Part shown: positions 56,212 through 64,000 of the stretch, piece by piece | How the letters are laid out: each line of letters starts with the position of its first letter | Position numbering within the stretch: position 1 is the first letter of the stretch | Source of the DNA: an uncultured Candidatus Saccharibacteria bacterium | Lineage (GTDB): Bacteria; Patescibacteriota; Saccharimonadia; Saccharimonadales; UBA10212 | Reading direction: 5' to 3' | NCBI GenBank assembly: GCA_964483315.1 | Contig: CAZAAL010000001.1 | Coordinates: 274,733-338,732, forward strand | DNA: 64,000 nt | Made by a program: the position numbers and the translations under genes | The notes under the pieces: generated by a model | Told to the model about the DNA's origin: nothing | Seen by the model: the letters and a program-made list of their open reading frames with translations, nothing else | The model's database searches: none

Positions 56212-56831
56212 GATCGTCTAAATAACTTATCTTTTAATAGCTTTCTTGATCTGGGATCTTTTAGGGCATGAATTAGTGTAAATCCAAAAGTGGCCAATAC
56301 CGCAATAACAATCGTTAACTCAATATATTTATCTAAACTGGGGATTTTTGATCCCAAGAAGTAGCCAGCCAGTGTAACACTGCCAGCCCATAAAAATGCG
56401 CCCAAAACGTTATATATAAAGTAGGCGCGTTTATCCATTTGACCCACACCAGCCATTACACTCACAAAGGTTCTTACTATGGGCACAAATCTGGCAAGCA
56501 AAATTGTTTTATTGCCATGCTTTTTAAAGAACGACTCTGTCTTATCAACGTATTCTTTTCTAAAAAATATGCCGTCGTTTTTGGTAAAAACTTTTGGGCC
56601 ACCTTTTTCGCCAATAATATACCCAATTTGGTACCCAATAATCGTCGATGCGATTATAGTGCCCAAAAGACCAAATAGTGGTAACTTGCCTTGTCCAGCA
56701 AAAAACCCTGCGGTAAATAACAAACTATCACCCGGTAGCAAAAAACCAATCAACAGTCCGCTCTCGGCAAATATAATTATTCCAACCAATAACAAACCAC
56801 CAACTTCCAGGATGTGCTCAATGTTAAACAT
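56199..56831 (-). CDS. dedA: DedA-family (VTT domain) membrane protein
   Basis: GLLIGFLLPGDSLLFTAGFFAG and ..ARFVPIVRTFVSVMAG... Confidence 0.85.
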   Translation of the reverse strand: MFNIEHILEVGGLLLVGIIIFAESGLLIGFLLPGDSLLFTAGFFAGQGKLPLFGLLGTIIASTIIGYQIGYIIGEKGGPKVFTKNDGIFFRKEYVDKTESFFKKHGNKTILLARFVPIVRTFVSVMAGVGQMDKRAYFIYNVLGAFLWAGSVTLAGYFLGSKIPSLDKYIELTIVIAVLATFGFTLIHALKDPRSRKLLKDKLFRRSTKS

Positions 56832-56920
56832 CTAGATAGTAGTGTATCACTGGGGTGGCAATTAGTTAAAACTTGTGGTAGAATTGTTACCGAATGAATT
56901 TAAGAGGTAATTAAAAGGCG

Positions 56921-57571
56921 ATGACAGTAATCGACCATCCACTAGAATTGAGCGAAAGAAAAGTTGCAGGCAAAGGCTTGCAAAGTATTCGGGCTGAGGG
57001 TATGGTGCCAGCAGTTATCCATAATCACGGGCAAGAGTCCATTTTAGTTATGGCAGACTCTACTTTACTAGGAAAGGTCTATAATGAAGCCGGTAAACAT
57101 CATCCGATTGAGCTTAAAGTTGGCAAAGACGAATACCTAGCACTAATCAAAGATGTACATTTTCATCCTGTAAAAAGGCGGATGCAACACATAGTTTTTC
57201 AGGCTATTCGTCAAGACGAAAAAGTTGATGCAGAAATACCAATCAGAATCGATGGCGATATGCCAGCTGAAAAGATTGGACTTATTGTACTTCATCAACT
57301 TGATACTGTTCAGGTTGAGGCACTGCCAAAAGACTTGCCAGACGAGTTGGTGCTAGATGGCTCAAAACTTGCAGAACTGGGCGATAAATTGACAGTTGCC
57401 GATTTGGTAACTCCTAGTGGCGTTACAATTACAACCGAGCCAGAACATGCTATTGCAACAGTTGTTGAGCCAAGAGCGATGGCTGTTGAAGAAGAGTCCG
57501 AAGCCGAAGCAGTTGAAGGTGAAGAATCAACCGCAGGCGAAGAATCTTCTGACCAACAAACCGAAGAATAA
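56921..57571 (+). CDS. rplY: 50S ribosomal protein L25/general stress protein Ctc
   Basis: ERKVAGKGLQSIRAEGMVPAVIHNHG.. with an acidic C-terminal tail. Confidence 0.85.
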   Translation: MTVIDHPLELSERKVAGKGLQSIRAEGMVPAVIHNHGQESILVMADSTLLGKVYNEAGKHHPIELKVGKDEYLALIKDVHFHPVKRRMQHIVFQAIRQDEKVDAEIPIRIDGDMPAEKIGLIVLHQLDTVQVEALPKDLPDELVLDGSKLAELGDKLTVADLVTPSGVTITTEPEHAIATVVEPRAMAVEEESEAEAVEGEESTAGEESSDQQTEE

Positions 57572-57572
57572 A

Positions 57573-59351
57573 TTAATCTTCAATAAATCCACCGCTTTGG
57601 TGGGCCCATAGTTCTGAATACACACCAGCATTATCAATCAATTGCTGGTGTGTTCCTTCTTCAATGATTTTTCCGTTATCAAGCACTATAATTCGATCCA
57701 TTTTTTGGATTGTACTTAGGCGATGAGCAATCACTAAGGCTGTTCGGTTTTCCATTAACTTCCAGAGGGCGTCTTGGATGAGCTGTTCACTTTCACTATC
57801 AAGTGCACTTGTAGCCTCATCTAAAACTAAAATCGGTGAATCCTTTAATATTGCACGAGCAATGGCGATCCTTTGGCGTTGACCACCGCTTAACTTAACT
57901 CCACGCTCGCCAACTTTTGTGTCAAAGCCAGACGGTAAAAGCTCGATGAACTCTAAGGCGTGAGCTTTTTTAGCAGATTCAACTATCTGATTTTCATCTG
58001 CTAATGGGTTTCCATAAGCTATGTTTTCTTTTAATGATCTATGGAATAGCAAAGGTTCTTGTGGAACATAAGATATAGCGTCTCTCAGGCTATTTTGAGT
58101 TACTTGGTTTATGTCTTGTCCGTCAATCTTTATATATCCGTCATTGATGTCCGAGAACCTTAGTAGCAGCTTAGTTAAAGTGGTTTTGCCCGAACCACTT
58201 CGTCCAACTAAACCAATTTTTTCACCGGGTTTAATCTTTAGGTCAAAGTTTTCAAATAAAGAGTCATCGCTATTTGCATCTTTGTGACTAAAGCTGACAC
58301 CTTTAAACTCAATCTCTCCAGAACTAACTCTTAATCTACTTGCCAAGTCAACATCAGCTACTTCTGGTTTTTCATCTAGGATTTCGGTCATTTGATATGA
58401 GTCTCCAAAGGCTCGGTTGATTCCTCTAAGGATATTGTTAAAGTTCCAAATTCTATTAGTGATTATGCCGGTGTAGCTTGTAGCTAAAATCAACGTTCCA
58501 AGCGACACGTTCAGCCAAGCCTGACCGCCTACAAGTAAGATAAACGCAAAAATTGATGCCAGGGATATGACTAAACCAAACATAATATCTCGGCTTATGA
58601 CTGCTCTTAGAACTTTAGTGCCAGCAAGTAAGGACATATTATTTAACTTATTAAAACTTTTTAGTTCGGATTTTTCGTTGCTATGACTTTTAACTGCCAA
58701 AACGTTGGTTAACATATCAGCAACTTGAGCACTAATCTTGCTTTGGGCGATTGCTTCTTTTTCATTTAAATGTCTCACCGATTTAAAACTAACTAGTGCG
58801 ATAATCATATAAGCGACACATAACAGGGCAAGGACCGCAGTAAATAGTGGTAGTTTTGGTCCTAAAATTGCGAAAGTAAAAATTAGCGACCAAAAAAGAG
58901 TTAAAACATTAAACACAAAAACATCTGCAAGCCTTACATAGGCACCAGTAAACTTTCCGGCTTGCGAGACCAATGCACCAGAAAAATGATTAGCATGAAA
59001 ACTTGCACTCATCGAAGTTAAGTGTTTAAAGCAGAGTGTATTTAAGTCATAAGTTACCTTCATCTCTAACTTCCAAATACAATACAAATTTAATCGCCAG
59101 GCTAATGATCCAATTAGCGAAGCTAGTGCAAAGGCCATTATAAGCATGCTAAACTCTGGCCAGATCTCGTTTTTTGAAAAGCTATTAGAGCTAAGTTTGT
59201 CTATTGCTTCAGCCGTAAAGTAGGGCATGGCAAATTCGCCAAGAAGAATCCCAATAGGAACCACAAATAAAATCGGTACAGCAAAAATAGGGTAAAGCTT
59301 GACGTAGTGCCAATAAATAGACAAAGTTCTTTTTACATTAGACTTTTTCAT
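57573..59351 (-). CDS. ABC exporter (fused TMD-NBD, MsbA-like)
   Basis: Walker A GRSGSGKTT, LSGGQRQRIAIARA and LVLDEATSALD. Confidence 0.9.
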   Translation of the reverse strand: MKKSNVKRTLSIYWHYVKLYPIFAVPILFVVPIGILLGEFAMPYFTAEAIDKLSSNSFSKNEIWPEFSMLIMAFALASLIGSLAWRLNLYCIWKLEMKVTYDLNTLCFKHLTSMSASFHANHFSGALVSQAGKFTGAYVRLADVFVFNVLTLFWSLIFTFAILGPKLPLFTAVLALLCVAYMIIALVSFKSVRHLNEKEAIAQSKISAQVADMLTNVLAVKSHSNEKSELKSFNKLNNMSLLAGTKVLRAVISRDIMFGLVISLASIFAFILLVGGQAWLNVSLGTLILATSYTGIITNRIWNFNNILRGINRAFGDSYQMTEILDEKPEVADVDLASRLRVSSGEIEFKGVSFSHKDANSDDSLFENFDLKIKPGEKIGLVGRSGSGKTTLTKLLLRFSDINDGYIKIDGQDINQVTQNSLRDAISYVPQEPLLFHRSLKENIAYGNPLADENQIVESAKKAHALEFIELLPSGFDTKVGERGVKLSGGQRQRIAIARAILKDSPILVLDEATSALDSESEQLIQDALWKLMENRTALVIAHRLSTIQKMDRIIVLDNGKIIEEGTHQQLIDNAGVYSELWAHQSGGFIED

Positions 59352-59486
59352 AATATATAACGCAAATAAAGTTTTTGTTTAGCCCGCCAGCGGATCGGCC
59401 CGTCCGATCGTATCACGTTTTAATAAATTATGGCATAAGCTTAAATGTTATGCAAATAGTTTGTTTATAAAGTATAATTAACAGAT

Positions 59487-60371
59487 ATGCAGAAGATTAT
59501 TCTATATTATAAGTTTGTGCCAATCGAGGACACAGAGTCGGTTATGCACTGGCAAAAACAGCTTTGCGATAAGTTGGGTCTTAAGGGCCGTATCCTAATT
59601 AGCGAACATGGGATAAACGGGACTTTAGGCGGAGATCTCGATAGCCTTAAACTTTACACGCGCGAGATGAAGTCGCACTCCAAATTCAAAGGTATTACCT
59701 GGAAGTGGAGTGAAGGCTCTAGTGATGATTTTCCAAAATTGAGCGTAAAAGTTAGAGACGAGATTGTTACCTTTGGCGTACCCGACGAGCTAAAGGTAAG
59801 TGAAAGTGGCGTTGTCGGCGGCGGCAAGCACCTAAGCCCACAAAAAGTCCACGAACTAGTCAAAGAGCGTGGCGATGAGGTTGTGTTCATGGATGGCCGG
59901 AATGCCTATGAGGCAAAAATTGGCAAGTTCAAAAACGCAGTAGTGCCAAATACTCGAACAACACGTGATTTTATCAATGAACTTGAAAGCCCGAAACTTA
60001 AAGATTTAAAAGATAAACCAATTGTTACATACTGCACCGGTGGGATTAGGTGCGAAATTCTTTCTGCACTAATGAAGAACCGTGGATTCAAAGAGGTGTA
60101 TCAAATTGATGGTGGAATTGCTAAATATGGTGAAAAATTCAAAGATGATGGCCTTTGGGAGGGCAAAATGTACGTTTTTGACAAGCGGATGAACATAGCC
60201 TTTTCTGAAAAATCTAAAGATATTGGCAAGTGTAGTTTGTGTGGTGTAAAGACTTCAAATTTTGAAAATTGTGCAGAGCTAAGTTGTAATGATCTAATTT
60301 TGGCATGCAAAAAATGCTCTAAAGGCAAAAAGACTTACTGCAAAAAACATCAGATAACTAAAGTTAAATAA
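59487..60371 (+). CDS. trhO: rhodanese-domain tRNA uridine(34) hydroxylase TrhO (UPF0176/YceA)
   Basis: [22 protein letters not shown], rhodanese active site YCTGGIRCE and a C-terminal Cys cluster. Confidence 0.85.
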   Translation: MQKIILYYKFVPIEDTESVMHWQKQLCDKLGLKGRILISEHGINGTLGGDLDSLKLYTREMKSHSKFKGITWKWSEGSSDDFPKLSVKVRDEIVTFGVPDELKVSESGVVGGGKHLSPQKVHELVKERGDEVVFMDGRNAYEAKIGKFKNAVVPNTRTTRDFINELESPKLKDLKDKPIVTYCTGGIRCEILSALMKNRGFKEVYQIDGGIAKYGEKFKDDGLWEGKMYVFDKRMNIAFSEKSKDIGKCSLCGVKTSNFENCAELSCNDLILACKKCSKGKKTYCKKHQITKVK

Positions 60372-60372
60372 A

Positions 60373-61857
60373 ATGGCTTCGGCTAATATATCCGAAAAAC
60401 TTAAAACACTACCAAAGTGCCCAGGGGTTTATTTTTATAAAGATGAATCGGGTGAAACAATTTACATTGGTAAGGCGGCTAATTTACGCAACCGAGTAAG
60501 ACAATACTTTCAAAAAAGTCGGGCAAGAGATCCAAAGACAACTGCTCTAGTTTCTGATATATACGATCTTGATTGGATAGAGGTTGAGACGGAGCTTGAT
60601 GCATTGCTACTTGAGGCCGAGATGGTCAGGCGATATCTACCACAATATAACATTTTGCTTCGGGACGATCGCTCCTTAGAGTACATTCGTATCGATATAA
60701 AAAGCGATCATCCAACAGTAACAACAGTTAGACGACCACTCGATGATGGCGCAGAATACCTAGGGCCTTATCTAAATGGTTTTGCCGTACGACGAGCACT
60801 TAAGTACTTAAGAAGAGCCTTCCCGTACTCTACAAAAAAAATGCCAAGCCAAAAACGGGCTACGCTTCATTATCACCTGGGGCTCGATCCTGGTCTTGAA
60901 GAAGGCAAAACGAGCCTTGAGGATTATCGAAAAAATCTTAAAAAACTTATTCGATATCTTAAGGGGCAACGCAAGTCTTTGATAAATGAAATCGAACGTG
61001 ATATGAAAAAGGCTTCCAAAGATCAAAATTTTGAAGTGGCTTTAAAGCTACGAAATCAACTTTTTAGTTTAAAAGCTCTAGATAGAAAAGTTATCTTTTC
61101 TGACAGAGAATTTATGGACATTTCCAAAGATAAAGGTCTGCTAGGGCTTGCTGAGTTGCTAGAACTTAGTGCGCCACCTAAGCGCATAGAAGCGTTTGAC
61201 ATCAGTCATATGAGTGGCGCTCACAATGTAGCCAGTATGGTGGTTTTTACAAGTGGAGTGCCTGATAAGTCAAACTACCGAAAGTTTAAGCTACGACATC
61301 CAGGCAATAATGATTTTCTGCACATGAGAGAGGCCTTGAGCCGTCGGCTTAGTCAAAAAAATCAAAAGAGTTGGGGACTACCTGATCTGTTTTTGATCGA
61401 TGGCGGTAAAGGTCAGTTAAGCTCAGCTTTAGAGGTTTTGGGTCAAAACTCGTTTAATGTAAGGGCAATTGGTTTAGCAAAACGTGATGAAGAAATCATT
61501 ATTTATAAGTCGAATGGATATAACGAACAAAATATAACCAAACATCACGGTCTTATAACGTCTAACTCGGATGATTATCTAAGTGTTTTATTACCAAAAA
61601 ATTCAGATATTGTAAAACTATTGCAACGCATTCGTGATGAAAGTCATCGTTTTGCGGTTAGTTATCATAGCAGCCTAAAAAGGAGCGCACAAACAAAAAG
61701 TTTGCTAGATAATATACCAGGTGTTGGTCCCGCAACTCGAAAAAAATTAATTAAAGCTTTTGGGTCATATAAGGGCGTAAAACAATCCAGTCTGAGTGAA
61801 ATTGCAATAATAGTTGGTGATAAAAAAGCTAAAATTATTGTAGATAACCTAAAATAA
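60373..61857 (+). CDS. uvrC: excinuclease ABC subunit C (short form)
   Basis: GIY-YIG (GVYFYKDESGETIYIGKAANLRNRV), UVR helix (MKKASKDQNFEVALKLRNQL) and C-terminal (HhH)2 IPGVGPATRKKLIKAFGS. Confidence 0.92.
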   Translation: MASANISEKLKTLPKCPGVYFYKDESGETIYIGKAANLRNRVRQYFQKSRARDPKTTALVSDIYDLDWIEVETELDALLLEAEMVRRYLPQYNILLRDDRSLEYIRIDIKSDHPTVTTVRRPLDDGAEYLGPYLNGFAVRRALKYLRRAFPYSTKKMPSQKRATLHYHLGLDPGLEEGKTSLEDYRKNLKKLIRYLKGQRKSLINEIERDMKKASKDQNFEVALKLRNQLFSLKALDRKVIFSDREFMDISKDKGLLGLAELLELSAPPKRIEAFDISHMSGAHNVASMVVFTSGVPDKSNYRKFKLRHPGNNDFLHMREALSRRLSQKNQKSWGLPDLFLIDGGKGQLSSALEVLGQNSFNVRAIGLAKRDEEIIIYKSNGYNEQNITKHHGLITSNSDDYLSVLLPKNSDIVKLLQRIRDESHRFAVSYHSSLKRSAQTKSLLDNIPGVGPATRKKLIKAFGSYKGVKQSSLSEIAIIVGDKKAKIIVDNLK

Positions 61858-61931
61858 GATTTTAGTGGTTGCTCAAACAGTCCAAAAACTGCTAAAATAT
61901 AGGTTAAATCGGGTTATTTTTAGAGGATAAA

Positions 61932-62147
61932 ATGAATATTTGGAACTACATCACATTCGTATCAGCAGCCATCATGATTATATTGATTTTGATTCAAACT
62001 CGCGGTGCTAGCCTTGGTGCTGGATTGGGCGGTGGCGGCGAAATAAATCCAGTCAGACGTGGGTCGGATAAGTCACTACACCAGCTAACAATAATCATGG
62101 CCTTTATTTTTGCTGCAAGTATATTAGTAGGAATTGTAGTCAATTAG
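61932..62147 (+). CDS. secG: preprotein translocase subunit SecG
   Basis: 71 aa, two TM helices, Gly-rich loop TRGASLGAGLGGGG. AGAGGA RBS. Confidence 0.75.
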   Translation: MNIWNYITFVSAAIMIILILIQTRGASLGAGLGGGGEINPVRRGSDKSLHQLTIIMAFIFAASILVGIVVN

Positions 62148-62172
62148 CCTATATGGAACCAATTCCTAGGGG

Positions 62173-63972
62173 GTGGCTAAATTGAACATGTCTAATAAGC
62201 CGATAAAAAAGACACACATTAAAAGGGTTTTTAGACGTCGCCGAAAAAAGGTCGAAGAATTCAGTATTCAGGCCGATAGGCATATCGAATACAATTTTCT
62301 GAGGCGTTTAAATAAATTAATTCCTGTTAGGCGGTTTGTATTAATTTGGGTATTAATGTTTGCGCTTAGCTCGGTTTTAGTAGTATTACAGGCTCGCGCG
62401 CTTAGCGATTATTACCAAGTACTAAAACCGGTCGCTGGTGGTGTGTATACCGAGGGAATGGTTGGGACATTTACTAATGGTAATCCAATTTATGCCAGTG
62501 GTTCTGCTGATACAGCAGTAAGTGAGCTTATTTTTTCTGGGTTATTTAAATATGATACAGCTAACAAATTAACTCCAGATCTTGCTAAAAGTTACGAGCT
62601 TAGCGCTAACGAGACGCGCTATGTAGTCAGGCTAAAAGACAATGTATATTGGCATAATGGACAAAAATTCACGGCTGATGATGTTGTTTACACCTTTAAC
62701 ACAATTCAAGATCCAGATGCAAAATCTCCCCTTTACAGCAGTTGGCAGGGCATAAAAGTAACTAAAAAAGACGATTCCGTTGTTGTTTTTGATTTGCCAA
62801 ATCCACTTAGCGCTTTTCCGCATGCATTAACGGTTGGCATACTACCCAAAGGCGAACTTAAAAATATCAAACCAGAACAATTGCGTAGCTCTAGTTTTAA
62901 CACCAGCCCTGTGGGCACCGGTCCGTTTAAATGGAAGTTCGTAGAGGTAAAAGGTGGTGATAACAAAACCAGGGAACAACGCATTACATTAGCCCCATAT
63001 GCCAAGTATCACGCTGGTGCACCCAAGCTAGACGGATTTACCATTAGGACTTTTACTAACGAAGAACAACTTGTTCAGGCATTTAAAGATAAGCAATTAA
63101 CAGCAGTTAGTGGGCTTGAGTCAATACCAGAACCCTTAAAGGGTGACTCATCACTTGAAACAGCCACAGTTCCACTCACTGGTGAGGTCATGGCTTTTAT
63201 GAACAACTCAAGAGGCCATCTAAAATCAGCAAAAATTAGAACGGCATTGGTTCAGGCGACTAATAAAAAAGAAATTATTCAGGCTGTTGAGTACCCAGCG
63301 TCAATAGTTGAATCGCCATTACTAAAGGGCCAACTAGGCTATAACAAAACCTTTGTTCAGGCAACATTTAATCTTGACGAGGCAAACAAAGCCCTCGATG
63401 CAAATGGATTTGTGCTTGGCCCCGATGGTGTCAGACAAAAGGATGGTAAGCCATTTGTTTTAACCCTGCGTTCACAGAACAATCTAGAATATACTTCGGT
63501 TGCGCAGTTGATTCAAAGTCAATGGGCTAAAGCCGGAGTAAAAGTTGAGGTTAGGTATTACAGTGCAGAGGATTTGCAAAGCTCGATTATCCCAACACAC
63601 GAATACGACATTTTACTGTATGGAATATCAATTGGGGTTGACCCTGATGTTTTTGCTTATTGGCACAGCTCACAGGCGGGGCTTAACTCGCAGGGTAGAA
63701 GCAACTTTAGCGAATATAAATCGGCTATTGCCGACAGTTCACTTGAAGCCGGTCGAATCCGATCCGATCCGGCGCAACGCGCTTTAAAATATCAACCTTT
63801 TTTGTCTGCTTGGCAAAGTGATAACCCAGCCGTAGCCTTGTATCAGCCCACATATTTATATATTTCGAACGGTAAAGTTTTTGGTTTCGAGCGAACAGCA
63901 ATGAACTCTGGGGTTGATCGTTTTTACAATGTTCACAATTGGATGATTAAAGAGGAAAAGCAAAATCAGTAA
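62173..63972 (+). CDS. ABC transporter substrate-binding protein (family 5, peptide/nickel type), TM-anchored
   Basis: Basic N-terminus plus TM anchor. The family-5 SBP-like core includes YVVRLKDNVYWHNGQKFTADDVVYTF. An alternative ATG lies at 62188. Confidence 0.85.
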   Translation: MAKLNMSNKPIKKTHIKRVFRRRRKKVEEFSIQADRHIEYNFLRRLNKLIPVRRFVLIWVLMFALSSVLVVLQARALSDYYQVLKPVAGGVYTEGMVGTFTNGNPIYASGSADTAVSELIFSGLFKYDTANKLTPDLAKSYELSANETRYVVRLKDNVYWHNGQKFTADDVVYTFNTIQDPDAKSPLYSSWQGIKVTKKDDSVVVFDLPNPLSAFPHALTVGILPKGELKNIKPEQLRSSSFNTSPVGTGPFKWKFVEVKGGDNKTREQRITLAPYAKYHAGAPKLDGFTIRTFTNEEQLVQAFKDKQLTAVSGLESIPEPLKGDSSLETATVPLTGEVMAFMNNSRGHLKSAKIRTALVQATNKKEIIQAVEYPASIVESPLLKGQLGYNKTFVQATFNLDEANKALDANGFVLGPDGVRQKDGKPFVLTLRSQNNLEYTSVAQLIQSQWAKAGVKVEVRYYSAEDLQSSIIPTHEYDILLYGISIGVDPDVFAYWHSSQAGLNSQGRSNFSEYKSAIADSSLEAGRIRSDPAQRALKYQPFLSAWQSDNPAVALYQPTYLYISNGKVFGFERTAMNSGVDRFYNVHNWMIKEEKQNQ

Positions 63973-64000
63973 ATGTTAGATTGGCTCTATGAAACTAACT

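Noticed and set aside
34504-59456. The 11-mer TGTTATGCAAA occurs three times in intergenic DNA (about 34504, 34561 and 59446).
   Set aside because: It is AT-rich and overlaps TTGCAA/TGCAAA-type -35 elements that are common in this genome's promoters. One copy also overlaps the alternative start of the PKD gene. The evidence is too weak to call a specific operator.

Overview
The window is a gene-dense chromosomal segment (about 65 CDS, roughly 90% coding, standard genetic code) from a small, AT-leaning genome. Gene content and architecture look like a Patescibacteria/CPR bacterium, probably Saccharibacteria-like; that assignment is inference, since no database search was possible. The evidence is short housekeeping proteins (AlaRS without a C-terminal domain, short UvrC and MetRS), TM-anchored rather than lipoprotein binding proteins, many convergent genes with overlapping stop codons, and many secreted hypothetical proteins.

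The housekeeping backbone includes pcrA, rsmA, a DEAD-box helicase, tmRNA (12481-12874), metG, tatD, a cysteine desulfurase, mnmA, alaS, ftsA, ruvX, mltG, obg, sbcB, uvrA, uvrC, L25/Ctc, trhO, secG and several ABC transporters. I found no rRNA, tRNA, CRISPR array, transposase or integrase.

The most interesting items are:
1. A surface-protein locus at about 26.6-35.5 kb. It holds four paralogous secreted beta-rich subunits that end in a C-terminal aromatic beta-strand, a DUF916/DUF3324-like Ig-fold TM protein and a PKD-domain TM protein. No usher, sortase or type IV pilus machinery is present. It also contains a 1167-bp 100%-identical tandem gene duplication with divergent 5' ends.
2. A divergent F-type ATPase operon (20446-26292) with no a subunit. 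The only c-like element is a carboxylate-free helical hairpin fused to a roughly 200-aa secreted domain.
3. A family of seven 32-42 bp palindromes (TACAWAA-N5-ACATATGT-N5-TTWTGTA) at gene ends, three of which bracket a PaaX-like regulator gene.
4. A perfect DnaA-box-like 9-mer shared by three surface-protein promoters.
5. A roughly 370-bp GC-rich islet.
6. Two heavily structured non-coding regions.
7. Widespread apparently leaderless promoters.
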